64,000 nt of DNA. It comes from an uncultured Gemmatimonadaceae bacterium. Its GTDB lineage: Bacteria; Gemmatimonadota; Gemmatimonadetes; Gemmatimonadales; Gemmatimonadaceae. The DNA lies in NCBI GenBank assembly GCA_963761305.1, contig CAVXGK010000002.1, positions 1,088,001 through 1,152,000 on the forward strand, in the 5' to 3' direction. How positions within the stretch are numbered: the stretch's first letter is position 1; each line of letters opens with the position of its first letter. This document shows positions 1-9,669 of the stretch, piece after piece. The translations under genes and the position numbers were made by a program. Under the pieces are notes generated by a model. The model was not told where the DNA came from, ran no database searches, and was given only the letters and a program-made list of their open reading frames with translations.

Positions 1-177
1 GCGGAACCGCCCTCGGACTCACCCATCCCTCGCTTGGCACGATCGGCCCGGTACCTTGGCGCCGGACGGGAGGGCACACAGGCGCCCACGGATTTCTTCA
101 CGTGTCGGGGCAGGACATCCCCGCGGGCGACACGGCGCACGCGAGCTCCTTCGATGTGGTTCCGACGCTGATCGCGC

Positions 178-1233
178 TTACCGGAGCGACGCCGCCCCCG
201 AATCTGAGCGGGCATGTGCTCCCGGCGCTCGCCTATCGGGCGGGGATTTGACCGCGCGCCGTCCGTAATACCTGCCGCGTGCGATCGCTGCACGGAGCAG
301 GGCCGGCACCCAATCTGTGGGCGGACGAGTCGCCCGCATGAGGCGGAAGGCGATCTCGCGGTACAGCATGACCGCTGCATCGCGCACCGGCCGAGGTGAC
401 CCAAGCGACCCAGGTGAGCCAGGCGCCGCGCGCCGTTGTTCGAGGCCCACGACGTAGCCATGACCCTCGAAATATCGGCGGAGGTATGCGGTCGTCTGAC
501 GCTCGGGTTCGATCATGTGCTCGACGATCGAGTCGGGAACCCAGCGCGCCGTGCCGCCGGCGTCGAGCACCGCTTGGATGACGTCGATCTCCTCACCTCC
601 GATGAGCCATCGGCTGGGTTGGCGCCCGAGCGTTACGTCGTATGGTCGCGCGCGCTGCGCCGCCACGGCAATCGCGAAGTTCGCTCCGTACGGAAGGCCG
701 TCTCGTTCCGGAACGACCGCTGCATCGGCCGACGGTCGTCGCGTAGCGAACGCCGACTCACAGACGTAGACAGAGCGAGCGAGCCACGGCGGAGGTCCAC
801 CTTCGAAGACCGGAGTGATCGTGCCGCCGAAAACTGTCGTGCCGGGCCATTTCAGGATGGCGCGCTCGTATGCGGTGAGCCAATCGACGTGCACCCGCAC
901 GTCGTCATCCGTCCAGAGTATGTAGTCACCGCGCGCCGCCCGCACTCCGGCATTGCGCGCCCGCGAATGGCCCGGCTCGGGTTCGACAACGATGCGCAAG
1001 GGCAGGCGCGACGCGTATTCCCGGGCGACCCGCTCAGTGTCGTCCGTGCAAGCGTTCGCGACGACGACGATCTCGAGTTGGTGATGCAGCGGCAACGAAG
1101 CAAGCGTGAGCGAGCGGAGCGTCTCGCCGAGCCGGCGCGCTCGGTTGTGCGTGCAAATCGCTACCGTGAGGAACGGCCGGCCCGTTTCGTCCGGCGTTAT
1201 CGGCGCAAGCGGTTCGTTGTCGTCCGGGGTCAC
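178..1233 (-). CDS. Glycosyltransferase family 2
   Basis: N-terminal LTVAICTHNRA, VVVAN..TDDT, RARNAG and YILWTDDD (DxD) motifs of the GT-A fold. Confidence 0.9.
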   Translation of the reverse strand: MTPDDNEPLAPITPDETGRPFLTVAICTHNRARRLGETLRSLTLASLPLHHQLEIVVVANACTDDTERVAREYASRLPLRIVVEPEPGHSRARNAGVRAARGDYILWTDDDVRVHVDWLTAYERAILKWPGTTVFGGTITPVFEGGPPPWLARSVYVCESAFATRRPSADAAVVPERDGLPYGANFAIAVAAQRARPYDVTLGRQPSRWLIGGEEIDVIQAVLDAGGTARWVPDSIVEHMIEPERQTTAYLRRYFEGHGYVVGLEQRRAAPGSPGSLGSPRPVRDAAVMLYREIAFRLMRATRPPTDWVPALLRAAIARGRYYGRRAVKSPPDRRAPGAHARSDSGAASLR

Positions 1234-1285
1234 GGGAGCGAAATGAGGGTGGTGGAGGTGAGCGTGCGGTGAGCCATCTCACGCC

Positions 1286-1348
1286 GCCGAGTGCCACTCC
1301 CCGCGGGCGCTCGTGTCGAGATTGAAGCAATATTCATGTCGGCGTTGA
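1286..1348 (+). repeat. 63-bp direct repeat copy A (3' end of the GT fragment at 6054-6116)
   Basis: gccgagtgccactccccgcgggcgctcgtgtcgagattgaagcaa...cggcgttga aligns ungapped to 6054-6116. Confidence 0.8.
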
Positions 1349-1375
1349 TTCACGAAAACTTACCGGAGACGAATC

Positions 1376-1891
1376 ATGTCCACTATGGCTACGTTGGCTC
1401 GATTGACCGCTGCTGGAACGTTGCTCGTGACGAGCGTCGCGTCGGCACAGGCTACGAAGGCGCAGGCGGAATTGGCGGCCGCGATGCGCGGCGCAAATCA
1501 TGTGGCGCTTGCGGACGGCATCGAGACGGCCAGCGCCTCCGGCAACCCGATTTCCGCGAGATACGAGTTCGAGAACGGGAAGCTCCAGCTCTCGGTTTTC
1601 GTCGAGAAGGCGGGCGCGTACTCGGAGGTCTTCGTCGATCACATGACCGGAAAGGTGGCCAGGATCGACAAGATCACCGGAGGTGACGACCTGAAAGACG
1701 CAAAGGCCCAGAGCAAAGCCTCGGCGAAGGCGACGGAGGCGCTCGCGTCGGCGCTCGCCAAAGCGGTCGCGGCAAATCCGGGCTACACGGCCGTAGACGT
1801 AACGCCAGTCCTCGAGGGCAAACGTCCCGTTGCCGTGATTACGCTGATGAAGGACGGGCGATTCAAGGGTGCGTCGCAGCCGCTCGGGTGA
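1376..1891 (+). CDS. Secreted PepSY-like protein
   Basis: Signal peptide ending ASA-Q; PISARYEFENGKLQLSVF..EVFVDHMTGKV PepSY-like pattern; GGAG RBS. Confidence 0.7.
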   Translation: MSTMATLARLTAAGTLLVTSVASAQATKAQAELAAAMRGANHVALADGIETASASGNPISARYEFENGKLQLSVFVEKAGAYSEVFVDHMTGKVARIDKITGGDDLKDAKAQSKASAKATEALASALAKAVAANPGYTAVDVTPVLEGKRPVAVITLMKDGRFKGASQPLG

Positions 1892-3941
1892 GACCGACTC
1901 TCCGCATCAGATCCTGCGAATCGTGGGTCGGCCCTCGCGACGGCGAAGCGCGGCTCGAAGATGTTGTCCCGAAGAGTGAGGTCGTCGACCGACCGATTGA
2001 GCCAGGTGAACGTGCTGTCGTACTCGTGCAGGCCGAAGAAGACGCCTGCCACATCCCACGCCCGACCGCGACCGGCGTTCCATCGCGCCTCGAGACCTCG
2101 GAGGATCGCGCGGGCCTCAGCACCGCGCCCCGACTCGGCGAAAATGCGCGCGATGCCAGCGGAATCGTTGCCGGCTTCGACCATTGCATCGCGCCACATT
2201 TTGCGGTCTTCGTAGATGCTTTCCACAGTCTGGCTGGCGCGACGCACCTTGGGACGCAGCGACTGCAACGGCCGCAGGAGAACGAGCGCTTCGTCTTCCC
2301 GCCCGGCCATTGCGAGGATCCGGCCATCGTGCGCGATGGCATCGATCGCGCGAGGGTTGAGTGCGACGGAGCGCCGTGACTCCGCGATTGCCTCGTCCAC
2401 GCGGCCGAGCCAGAAGTCGACGGCGGCCACGAACTGGTGGGCCTCCGAATTGTCCGGCTCCACAACCACCGCGCGGCGCGCTGCCGACTCGGCCGTCGAG
2501 AAATCGAGGCGATTGAGACTCGCCCAGGCAAGTTCGGCGTAGCCGTCGGCGAGGGTCGAGTCGAGCGCGATTGCGTGCCGCGCAGCGACCGCACCGCTGT
2601 CGCACGCCACCAGCCGGGCGCGGCGCGCCTCGCCGCCCAGACAAACGGCGTTGTACGCGCGGGCCAGGGAGGCAAATGCGGCGGGAAAGAGCGAGTCGGC
2701 CGCCACCGCGCGACCGAGGATCCCAACCGCGGCTCGCGTTCCGCTGTCGCTTCGGAAAAGACGCTGATCCGTGCCGCGAAGATAGAGATCGAACGCATCG
2801 GAGTTGGGGCGATGCCCGCGCGTGGCGATGACCGCATACGCCGCGAGCGACACGGCGGCCAGGAACCCGATGCCCCCCGCCACCACCCAGCGTCGCGTCG
2901 CGCGTCGGGAGCGGGCGGTCGCGAACGCCGCCGAGAACGCGTGGTCGAAACTCGAAACAGACGGAAACCGCTCGGCCGCATCGCGGGCGAGGGCGCGCCG
3001 CAGCACATCGTGCGCGGCCCGCGGTACGTCCGTCGACGACGCGAGCGAGGGATCGGTGCTCGCGTCCATCCACGGTCGGCCGAGCATTTCCTGCACGACG
3101 GCAGCCAGTGAATAGACGTCGCTGCGCGCGTCGACCGGTCCACGTCCGTCGGCCTGCTCGGGGCTCATGTACTCCGGCGTTCCGGCCGAGGCGCCGACGG
3201 TCAAGGGCGGTCGAGCGACGCCGAAGTCGGCGAGCATGGCGCGCTCGCCGTCGAACAGGATGTTCTCTGGTTTCACGTCGCGATGGACGACGTTCTGCTC
3301 GTGCGCGTGCGACAGCGCGGCGGCGATCTCGCGCAGGATTCGCTGCACGCGCCTCTGACGAAAGCGGCGCGCCCGGAGGTCAGCCGCTGGCGCAAGCTGC
3401 CGCCGCGCATCACCGGCATCACGTAATACAACCAGCCCTGCTCGTCTCCGGAGTCGTACAGCGGGACGATGTTCGGATGATGAAGCCGGGCGGCGAACTT
3501 GATCTCTCGATCGAAGCGGTCGGCGCCGATCGCGGCCGCCGCGTCGGGCCCCAGGATCTTGACCGCCACTTGCCGATCGTGCTTGCGGTCGTGAGCCAGA
3601 TAGACGACCGCCATGCCGCCGCGGCCGATTTCGCGTTCGATCACGAATCGCCCATTCAAGATTCGTGGCGGCGTCTCTTCGAGCAGGGCGGCGAACCGCT
3701 CGCCGGCGGGCGCGTCGAGGAGCGCGTCGTCCCGCTCGCAAGCGGCGACCAGGCGCGCGAGTTGCGCACGCAACGCCCGATCGCCATTCGCGGCGCGGTC
3801 GAAGTATGCATCGCGCTCCTCGGGTGGGAGATCGAGCGCCGCGTCGATCAGCGGTTCGAGCGCGGCCCACCGTTCGGACGAGATCGAGGCCCCCTGGTCG
3901 GCCTCCACCGGCGTGGGATACGATCGCGGTGTGTCGGTCAT
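1863..3941 (-). CDS. ECF-coupled Ser/Thr kinase with TM helix and TPRs (two frameshifts, near 3355 and 1915)
   Basis: GRGGMAVVY/VAVK in one frame; HRDVKPEN, DFG, GTPEYMSPEQ and TPRs in a second; DLMRRVGL tail in a third; ATG overlaps the ECF stop (ATGA). Confidence 0.85.
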
Positions 3942-4480
3942 TGCGGGAGAAGCTCGCGGAGCAGCATACGGGCCTTGGCCCAATCGCGTTCGACGGTGCG
4001 GACGGTCACGCCGTTCACTGCGGCGATCGCTTCCGGCGGCAAGCCGCCGAAGAATCGAAGCACCACGACTCGAGCCAGCCGCTCATCGATCGATGCGAGG
4101 CGGTCGAGCGCGTCGTGGATCTCGAGGACCGCCTCGGATTGGTCTTCCGCGGCGATGGCTTCCTCGTCGAGCGTCACGCGGTAGCCCGTCCCGCCTCGCT
4201 TGAGCGCCCGCCGCGCCTTTGCGCGATCGACGATGACCTGGCGCATCGCCACGGCCGCCAACGCGAGCACGTGCACGCGATCGATTGAATCGGCCTGCCG
4301 GCTGCCGGCCAAACGGAGATAGACCTCGTGCACCAGCCCGGTGGTGGCCAGCGTCGAGCCGCGGTCGCGCGACAACTGGGCGTGAGCGATCCGCCGCAGC
4401 TCGCCATAGACGAACGGCATGAGCGCGTCGAGCGACTCCGAGCTTTCAATCGCAGGTCCGAAATGTCGGGGCGCAGCCAC
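3938..4480 (-). CDS. ECF sigma factor, TIGR02999-like (start uncertain)
   Basis: LMPFVYGELRRIAH, TTGLVHEVYLRL, AMRQVIVDRA, VVLRFFGGL, TVERDWAKAR. Confidence 0.9.
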   Translation of the reverse strand: MAAPRHFGPAIESSESLDALMPFVYGELRRIAHAQLSRDRGSTLATTGLVHEVYLRLAGSRQADSIDRVHVLALAAVAMRQVIVDRAKARRALKRGGTGYRVTLDEEAIAAEDQSEAVLEIHDALDRLASIDERLARVVVLRFFGGLPPEAIAAVNGVTVRTVERDWAKARMLLRELLPQ

Positions 4481-4615
4481 GGGCGTCGTTTGCTGTTCAG
4501 TGGATCTCGATCGTCGACCGAGCCATTCCGGCGTCTTGACGGTTTGAACATGAGAACGATCGTCGCAAGTCGCAATCGCGTGGACGCATACCTGGCCAGG
4601 GGGTTCCTCTGCACG

Positions 4616-4691
4616 CCGGGCGGGTCCAACGACGTAAATGTCGGGCCGATGCGACAGTTCTCGTTTACCCAAGTGGCGGTTTGCCGCGGCG
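4616..4691 (+). promoter_or_regulatory. Conserved 76-bp upstream element with putative ECF promoter AAATGTCGGG-N15-TCGTTT
   Basis: Ungapped match to 19427-19502 (10 mismatches by hand count); core motif also at 4461-4491. Confidence 0.7.
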
Positions 4692-4725
4692 CACCAATAC
4701 TGAACTCACGGGGGGGGGAGAGCTT

Positions 4726-5469
4726 ATGTGGTCCAGGGCGAAAACCTTGATCGTACGAGGCGTCGTCAGCGCGGCCGTCGCGATGCTCGGTGCCGGGTGC
4801 AGCGGCGATACCCCATCTACGACGGGCACGGCCGTCGTCAGTGACCCGTCCACGCCTCTGGCGCCGGCACCAACTCGACCCCCGTCTCCCATACCCGGCT
4901 CGTACACGATCACGGGCCTCGTCCGAGAGGGTGGGCGCCCGATCCCCGGCGTAGGCGTAAATGCATGGGTGACCGAAGACGCCGGGTTCGGTTACTCCTG
5001 GTGGTGGGCGCACGGCCCGTTGCACTCCGACACTGCTGGACGGTATTCGGTCTCGGACCTGCCGAGCGGGGTGCATGTGTGGCTGCAGGCGTTCCAGGAC
5101 GGCTATGACCAGCAATGCGCCGTATCCGTACCGACCGTCCGAGGCGACACGACGGTCGACATCCCGCTCGTATCGACGGCGGTAGTCGCACCCACGGCTT
5201 CGTCGCCGTCGGGCTTGCGGTCGGTTTCCGGTTCGGTCGTGCTCGCGACTTCGGGCGGCCCGCAACCGGCAGCCGGAGCGTTCGTCGATTTCGAGCCGAT
5301 CCCTGACCTCCCGGAGGCCACGACGCACGCTGACGGGGCTGGGCGATTCGCGTTGTGCGGGCTGCCCGCCAATGACACGATCTGGCTCGGCGCATTCTCC
5401 GGCTCGCACTCCGCGTACGTGCAGGTGCCGCCTGGTCAGTCCGACGGCGTGAAGATCGTTTTGCCGTGA
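4726..5469 (+). CDS. Lipoprotein with two carboxypeptidase-regulatory-like beta-sandwich domains
   Basis: Lipobox LGAGC, Pro/Thr linker, ITGLVRE..PIPGV and DxAGRY/F motifs. Confidence 0.7.
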   Translation: MWSRAKTLIVRGVVSAAVAMLGAGCSGDTPSTTGTAVVSDPSTPLAPAPTRPPSPIPGSYTITGLVREGGRPIPGVGVNAWVTEDAGFGYSWWWAHGPLHSDTAGRYSVSDLPSGVHVWLQAFQDGYDQQCAVSVPTVRGDTTVDIPLVSTAVVAPTASSPSGLRSVSGSVVLATSGGPQPAAGAFVDFEPIPDLPEATTHADGAGRFALCGLPANDTIWLGAFSGSHSAYVQVPPGQSDGVKIVLP

Positions 5470-5492
5470 GCCCTGACAACGAGCGATCAGCT

Positions 5493-5741
5493 TTCGCTCT
5501 TATCGCTTGCCCACGTCACTCGCCCTCAAGGAGCGCCCCGAGCCGGATCGATCCAGCTCACGCGGTGTGCCGGGAGATACGCCGCGACGGCGCCGATCCC
5601 CAGCAGCACGGCGCAGGCGACGCCGAGCGACAGTAGATCCGTCGAGCTGACGTCGTAGCGGAGCGCGCCGAGCAGATGCGTTGCGGCCGGCGCGACCACC
5701 AGTCCGACCGCACCGCTCGTCGTGACGATCGCGGCGCGCGC
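5493..5741 (-). pseudogene. Degenerate copy of the 3' end of the ABC permease at 20990-21239
   Basis: Clear nucleotide alignment with small indels, including the stop codon and downstream flank. Confidence 0.85.
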
Positions 5742-5789
5742 GCGAACAGCGCGCCGAGCGGCGCGCCATCGAGGTGCACGAGGCGCCGG

Positions 5790-6116
5790 ATGGGCGCGCG
5801 TCTCGACGCACTCATGGCGTCGGTCGATCTCGCAGTGCAGTTGCGATCGACCGACCTTGGCGGGAGTTCAGGAATCGTCGCGCGATTGCTGGCCGTAGGA
5901 ACGCCGATCGTCGCCACGGCGCGCGGCGCGGCGCTCGAACTCGGTGAGGCGGTCACCTTCGCGGGTGCATCCGTGGGCGCAGGCGAACTCGCGGAGCTGA
6001 TCCAGCGCGAGATCACCCGCGACACAGACCGCGGCGAAGCCATGCGCCGCTGTGCCGAATGCCACTCGCCGCGGGCGCTCGTGTCGACATTGAAGCAGTG
6101 TGCGGATCGGCGTTGA
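5790..6116 (+). pseudogene. C-terminal fragment of a GT-B (GT4-like) glycosyltransferase
   Basis: LDALMASVDLAVQLR..GGSSGIVARLLAVGTPIVATARGAALEL resembles a GT4 C-terminal domain; no N-terminal domain. Confidence 0.6.
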
Positions 6117-6378
6117 ATCACGCCGGCGGATCTCAATGGCTGGAGGCCGTAGATAGAGCAAAGCGGCCAAGCCGGCCGGATAGAAGGACAGGGAGAAGGC
6201 CGAAGGGAAGAGCGTGCGAAATCGGTTGATCCGGTACGATCGGAAGTTCTTCATGGCCGTTTACAACTGGGCGGCCAACGTGATCGAGCGGCGGCGCCCG
6301 CTGTTGGAGCGCAATCCGTTTCGCAGGGGCATCGCTCGAAATCGCTGAGTGGGGGCGCAGCTTCCTCGCGTGCCAGTC

Positions 6379-7260
6379 TCAGCCTCCACCAGCCAGGGTC
6401 ACGGGGAGCAGAGCTTCCAGCAACGTGTCGCTCGCGTAGTCTCCATCGCTCTCTGCGAGGCAAGTCGCTCCTTCGCCGAACAGCGAGACGTCGTCTATCT
6501 GTGGAGGTCGGCCCAACCTTGCCGCCAACACGCCGAGAACTCGACGGTAACCGGACCGAATCGCCTGCTTAACATCATCATCCAGCCAGAGTACTTGCCA
6601 AATGCTCCCGACGGCAAGCCACGAGGGAAGCCGGAGGTCCGCGGGGACGGAGCCCGTCGGCGATGCGACCGAACGAAGCGGGCGTCCGGAATAGGGTAAG
6701 AACGGGCACCCATCGCGAAGGTGAAGGACCTGCCAATCGCCAGGTAAGAACGCGAACCAACGAACGCCCGGGACGCGCGATTCGACCGTTGCGCGCCCCA
6801 CTCGGGACGAGCAGCCAACTGCTACTCCCTCGATGCGCGAGCCCGCCTGCACGCACAACCTACTCAGCTGACACAGGGTCCGGCCGCTCGATACTGCGTC
6901 ATCCACTACACCAACAGTCGGATGGCCCGCGAGTTTATCGAGCTCAAACCCAGTGACCGGACTCAGAAACCGAGCATCGGCACACCGCGTGAGGTTGGTG
7001 CGGGTTCCTCTCTCCGCGATCTCTTCGCCCCGAAGAAGCGGGTCTAGGATCAGCCAATGACGCCCGTCCGCCGCAACGGTCTTCGTGGCCCAGTCAGCAT
7101 AGAGGCGGTGCGGAACGACCTCCCATCCGCGCCGCGCCGCGTAGGCGCGTACGGCTGATCGCACCGCTTGTGCTCCTTCGTCCGCCATCGCGCCGCCGTC
7201 GGATGACATGATGGCCAGAGCCGCCGGAACATCATCCATTACTAAGACGCCACCTTTCAT
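6379..7260 (-). CDS. Type I phosphoribosyltransferase-like protein with flanking extensions
   Basis: PRPP-loop VGVVDDAVSSGRTL. Confidence 0.65.
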   Translation of the reverse strand: MKGGVLVMDDVPAALAIMSSDGGAMADEGAQAVRSAVRAYAARRGWEVVPHRLYADWATKTVAADGRHWLILDPLLRGEEIAERGTRTNLTRCADARFLSPVTGFELDKLAGHPTVGVVDDAVSSGRTLCQLSRLCVQAGSRIEGVAVGCSSRVGRATVESRVPGVRWFAFLPGDWQVLHLRDGCPFLPYSGRPLRSVASPTGSVPADLRLPSWLAVGSIWQVLWLDDDVKQAIRSGYRRVLGVLAARLGRPPQIDDVSLFGEGATCLAESDGDYASDTLLEALLPVTLAGGG

Positions 7261-7398
7261 TGGTCGTTATGAGCCGCTCAGTTTCGCTGTACGTCCACTA
7301 TCGTGCTTAGCGCTACATCCACATCGTCAAGCCCGTTCGTCACCGGCACGTCGAAAGCTGCGGGAGAATCCGTGCTGCCGGTGAGAATCAGCAGCGAA

Positions 7399-7983
7399 TT
7401 AAGAAGCGCCTTGAACTAGGCGATACCCAACTCCCCGGACGGCCACGAGCGCCTTCCTGGCGCCAACGAGGGCCAGTCGCTTTCTCAACCCGCAGATCCG
7501 GACAGCCAAGGTATTCGGGCGGTAGGCGGAACCAGGGCGACGCACTGTGATTTGACCGGCGAGCTTTGCGTGCCTCACGACTCCGCCGTTCGAGCGAAGC
7601 AAAGCATCCATCAGGCGCAGTTCCACGTCTGACAGCACGGTGCGACCCACGCTCGACGAGACGGTTCGCCGCGGCCAATCGATGTCTACCGGAACGTTGC
7701 CAATGCAGTACCAGCCCCTGTCGTCGGCGCTCGCGGTGGAGATGCGCGCCACGAGTGCAATCTCGCCGTCGGCCGACCGTATAGCGTATTCCGAGACACC
7801 CCGCGACACCGCCGCGGTCAGCGCGAAGAGCACGTCATAGCTGGCGCTGATCCTCGCCATGAGTGCGCCTTGTGCTCCGGAGCCAGGTGCGGACGCAGCC
7901 GCTGGGGTTGTACTCGTTGGTATGGCACTGGCCCGCTCACCCGGAGAAGTTGGCCTGCCCGCGAGCCGCTCGGTTCGTTGCAT
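7399..7983 (-). CDS. OmpR/PhoB-type winged-helix regulator without receiver domain
   Basis: LSDVELRLMDALL..NTLAVRICGLRKRL..VAVRGVGYRL. Confidence 0.8.
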   Translation of the reverse strand: MQRTERLAGRPTSPGERASAIPTSTTPAAASAPGSGAQGALMARISASYDVLFALTAAVSRGVSEYAIRSADGEIALVARISTASADDRGWYCIGNVPVDIDWPRRTVSSSVGRTVLSDVELRLMDALLRSNGGVVRHAKLAGQITVRRPGSAYRPNTLAVRICGLRKRLALVGARKALVAVRGVGYRLVQGAS

Positions 7984-8164
7984 GAGTCACGATTGTCCAA
8001 ATGCATGCCCGCAGGACTCCGACACGCGTCGACGCGTTCAATGGGAGGGGCTTTGCCACCGGCGCGCATAATGATCGCGTAGATCGCCGCCGTCAATGGT
8101 GAAGCGCCAACCTTGGCTGGCTCGCAAGCGCACGTTGCGCAGCCGCGACAGACCAGACAACCAG

Positions 8165-8201
8165 GTTGTGTTATTGACAACATTAATTTGCCTTCTAATG
8201 T
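8165..8201 (+). promoter_or_regulatory. Putative sigma70 promoter TTGACA-N16-TAATGT with inverted repeat GTTGT-N7-ACAAC over the -35
   Basis: Lies in the AT-rich divergent intergenic region; perfect -35 at 8174-8179. Confidence 0.5.
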
Positions 8202-8412
8202 AGCACAGTGGTGATCAACACAGGCAGACTTAGATTACGATCGTCTCAATAAATGCTTCGGGTCACATTCGCTTGACACCTGCCTCGGCCTACCCAATCC
8301 TTGCCAACCGCTGACGCGTGGTCATGGCCACCCGGCTCTAACGCGCAGATACCATTCGACGATGACTGGAGTCTTCGGGCCCGCGCGCAGCACCCACACA
8401 CGAGGTGTGTCG

Positions 8413-8676
8413 ATGAGGAGTCGAGGGCGGATCTTTTTGCAGTGCTGCGTGATCATCATGGCAGCAGCGGAGCTCGTCGTACCGCGCTCCGCCAACGCGG
8501 CGCCCCGCAGTTGCGGGGACTTCTTCTGTGAATTTCCCGTGCAGGGCACGTGTACGACCGGGGAGAACCCGCCGCCGAACCTTTCGTGCAGCGGCTGCGG
8601 GCCGCCGATCTGTTTGGACAATGGTCCCGACTGCGACTCGCCTCAGATCGAATGGGTCTGCAGTTTCGCGTCGTAG
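8413..8676 (+). CDS. Small secreted cysteine-rich peptide (87 aa, 8 Cys in the mature part)
   Basis: GAGGTG RBS, hydrophobic signal ending ANA-A, mature part CGDFFC..C..CSGC..C..C..C. Confidence 0.7.
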   Translation: MRSRGRIFLQCCVIIMAAAELVVPRSANAAPRSCGDFFCEFPVQGTCTTGENPPPNLSCSGCGPPICLDNGPDCDSPQIEWVCSFAS

Positions 8677-8839
8677 GACTCTGCCCCGACCGCCGTGCCG
8701 ATGCCGCAGCAAATGCGCCCGTCGCACGAGCGGTCGGGTCACGTAGTTGTGTGCGGCGTTAAAAATGCATGGCGGCGGCCGCGCATCGCGTCGATCTGCG
8801 GCAGCGGTAAGACGATCTGCTTAGAGAGGTGCCTCTCAA

Positions 8840-9505
8840 ATGAATATGGAAAGACTTCAATCCGCCTTGTTAACCGCCGCCGCGCTTGTCATGGCGGTGG
8901 CCCTCGTCCACCGAGAGTTTTACTCCACTACGGTCGGCAGGGAGAGATCCGCGCCGACAACCGCTGCGAATTGGCGCGAAATCATTCCGGCCGGTAGGCC
9001 CATTGGAGACACAAGTGCGCGAGTAAAGATCATTGAATTTGCCGATCTTCAGTGTCCGTTCTGCAAGTACTTCAACGGTGTGGTCCGGTCGGTTGTTGCG
9101 AAATACCCCAAAGACGTGGAACTTGTTTTTGTTCACGACCCCCTTCCCATGCATCCCTTCGCCGCTCAAGCGGCACGTGCGGCCGAGTGCGCGGCCAGCC
9201 AAGGTCGCTTTTCTGAAATGGTGAACGCGCTTTACGACGCTCAGAGCCTGCTTGGGTCGCAACCGTGGAGCAGTTTCGCGATGACCGCCGGGGTTCCTGA
9301 TGTAAGTCGGTTCGCGGACTGCGTTCGCGACACGATTCCGCTTTCTGTTATTGATCGCGGCGTACAGATGGCGAAGCACTTCAATGTGGTCGGAACTCCT
9401 ACGGTTTTCGTTAACGATAGGCGTTTTGCCGGAGCGCCCAGTGATACAGAGCTCGTTAGAGCTGTCGAGAGTATCCTGGACACTCGAGCCAGCAGTAGGA
9501 GGTAG
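8840..9505 (+). CDS. DsbA-family thiol-disulfide oxidoreductase, N-terminally anchored
   Basis: IIEFADLQCPFC, AARAAECA, GTPTVFVN. Confidence 0.9.
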   Translation: MNMERLQSALLTAAALVMAVALVHREFYSTTVGRERSAPTTAANWREIIPAGRPIGDTSARVKIIEFADLQCPFCKYFNGVVRSVVAKYPKDVELVFVHDPLPMHPFAAQAARAAECAASQGRFSEMVNALYDAQSLLGSQPWSSFAMTAGVPDVSRFADCVRDTIPLSVIDRGVQMAKHFNVVGTPTVFVNDRRFAGAPSDTELVRAVESILDTRASSRR

Positions 9506-9669
9506 CCGCGAGGCGAATATCGATGCTCGAGACGTGCCGCGCTCGAGCGTGTGCCGGTCAACGAGTCAACTCCCGTGCCTGCAAGAGTCAATCGTCGGCC
9601 CCGAGCGAACTTGCGTCGACCGCAACGGCGCGGCATCGTTGCATCAACACATTCAGTCGGGATAGGAGT

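Noticed and set aside
1..26. Possible start of a minus-strand gene (MGESEGGS) running off the window
   Set aside because: Too short to support
1291..1350. LPAGARVEIEAI resembles a RidA C-terminus
   Set aside because: Differences from the copy at 6054-6116 are synonymous in the other (glycosyltransferase) frame, and no other RidA sequence is present
6117..6375. Short minus-strand ORFs downstream of the PRTase (MKNFRSYRINRF..., ATGA overlap at 6251-6254)
   Set aside because: No recognisable motif; possibly a truncated gene but unsupported
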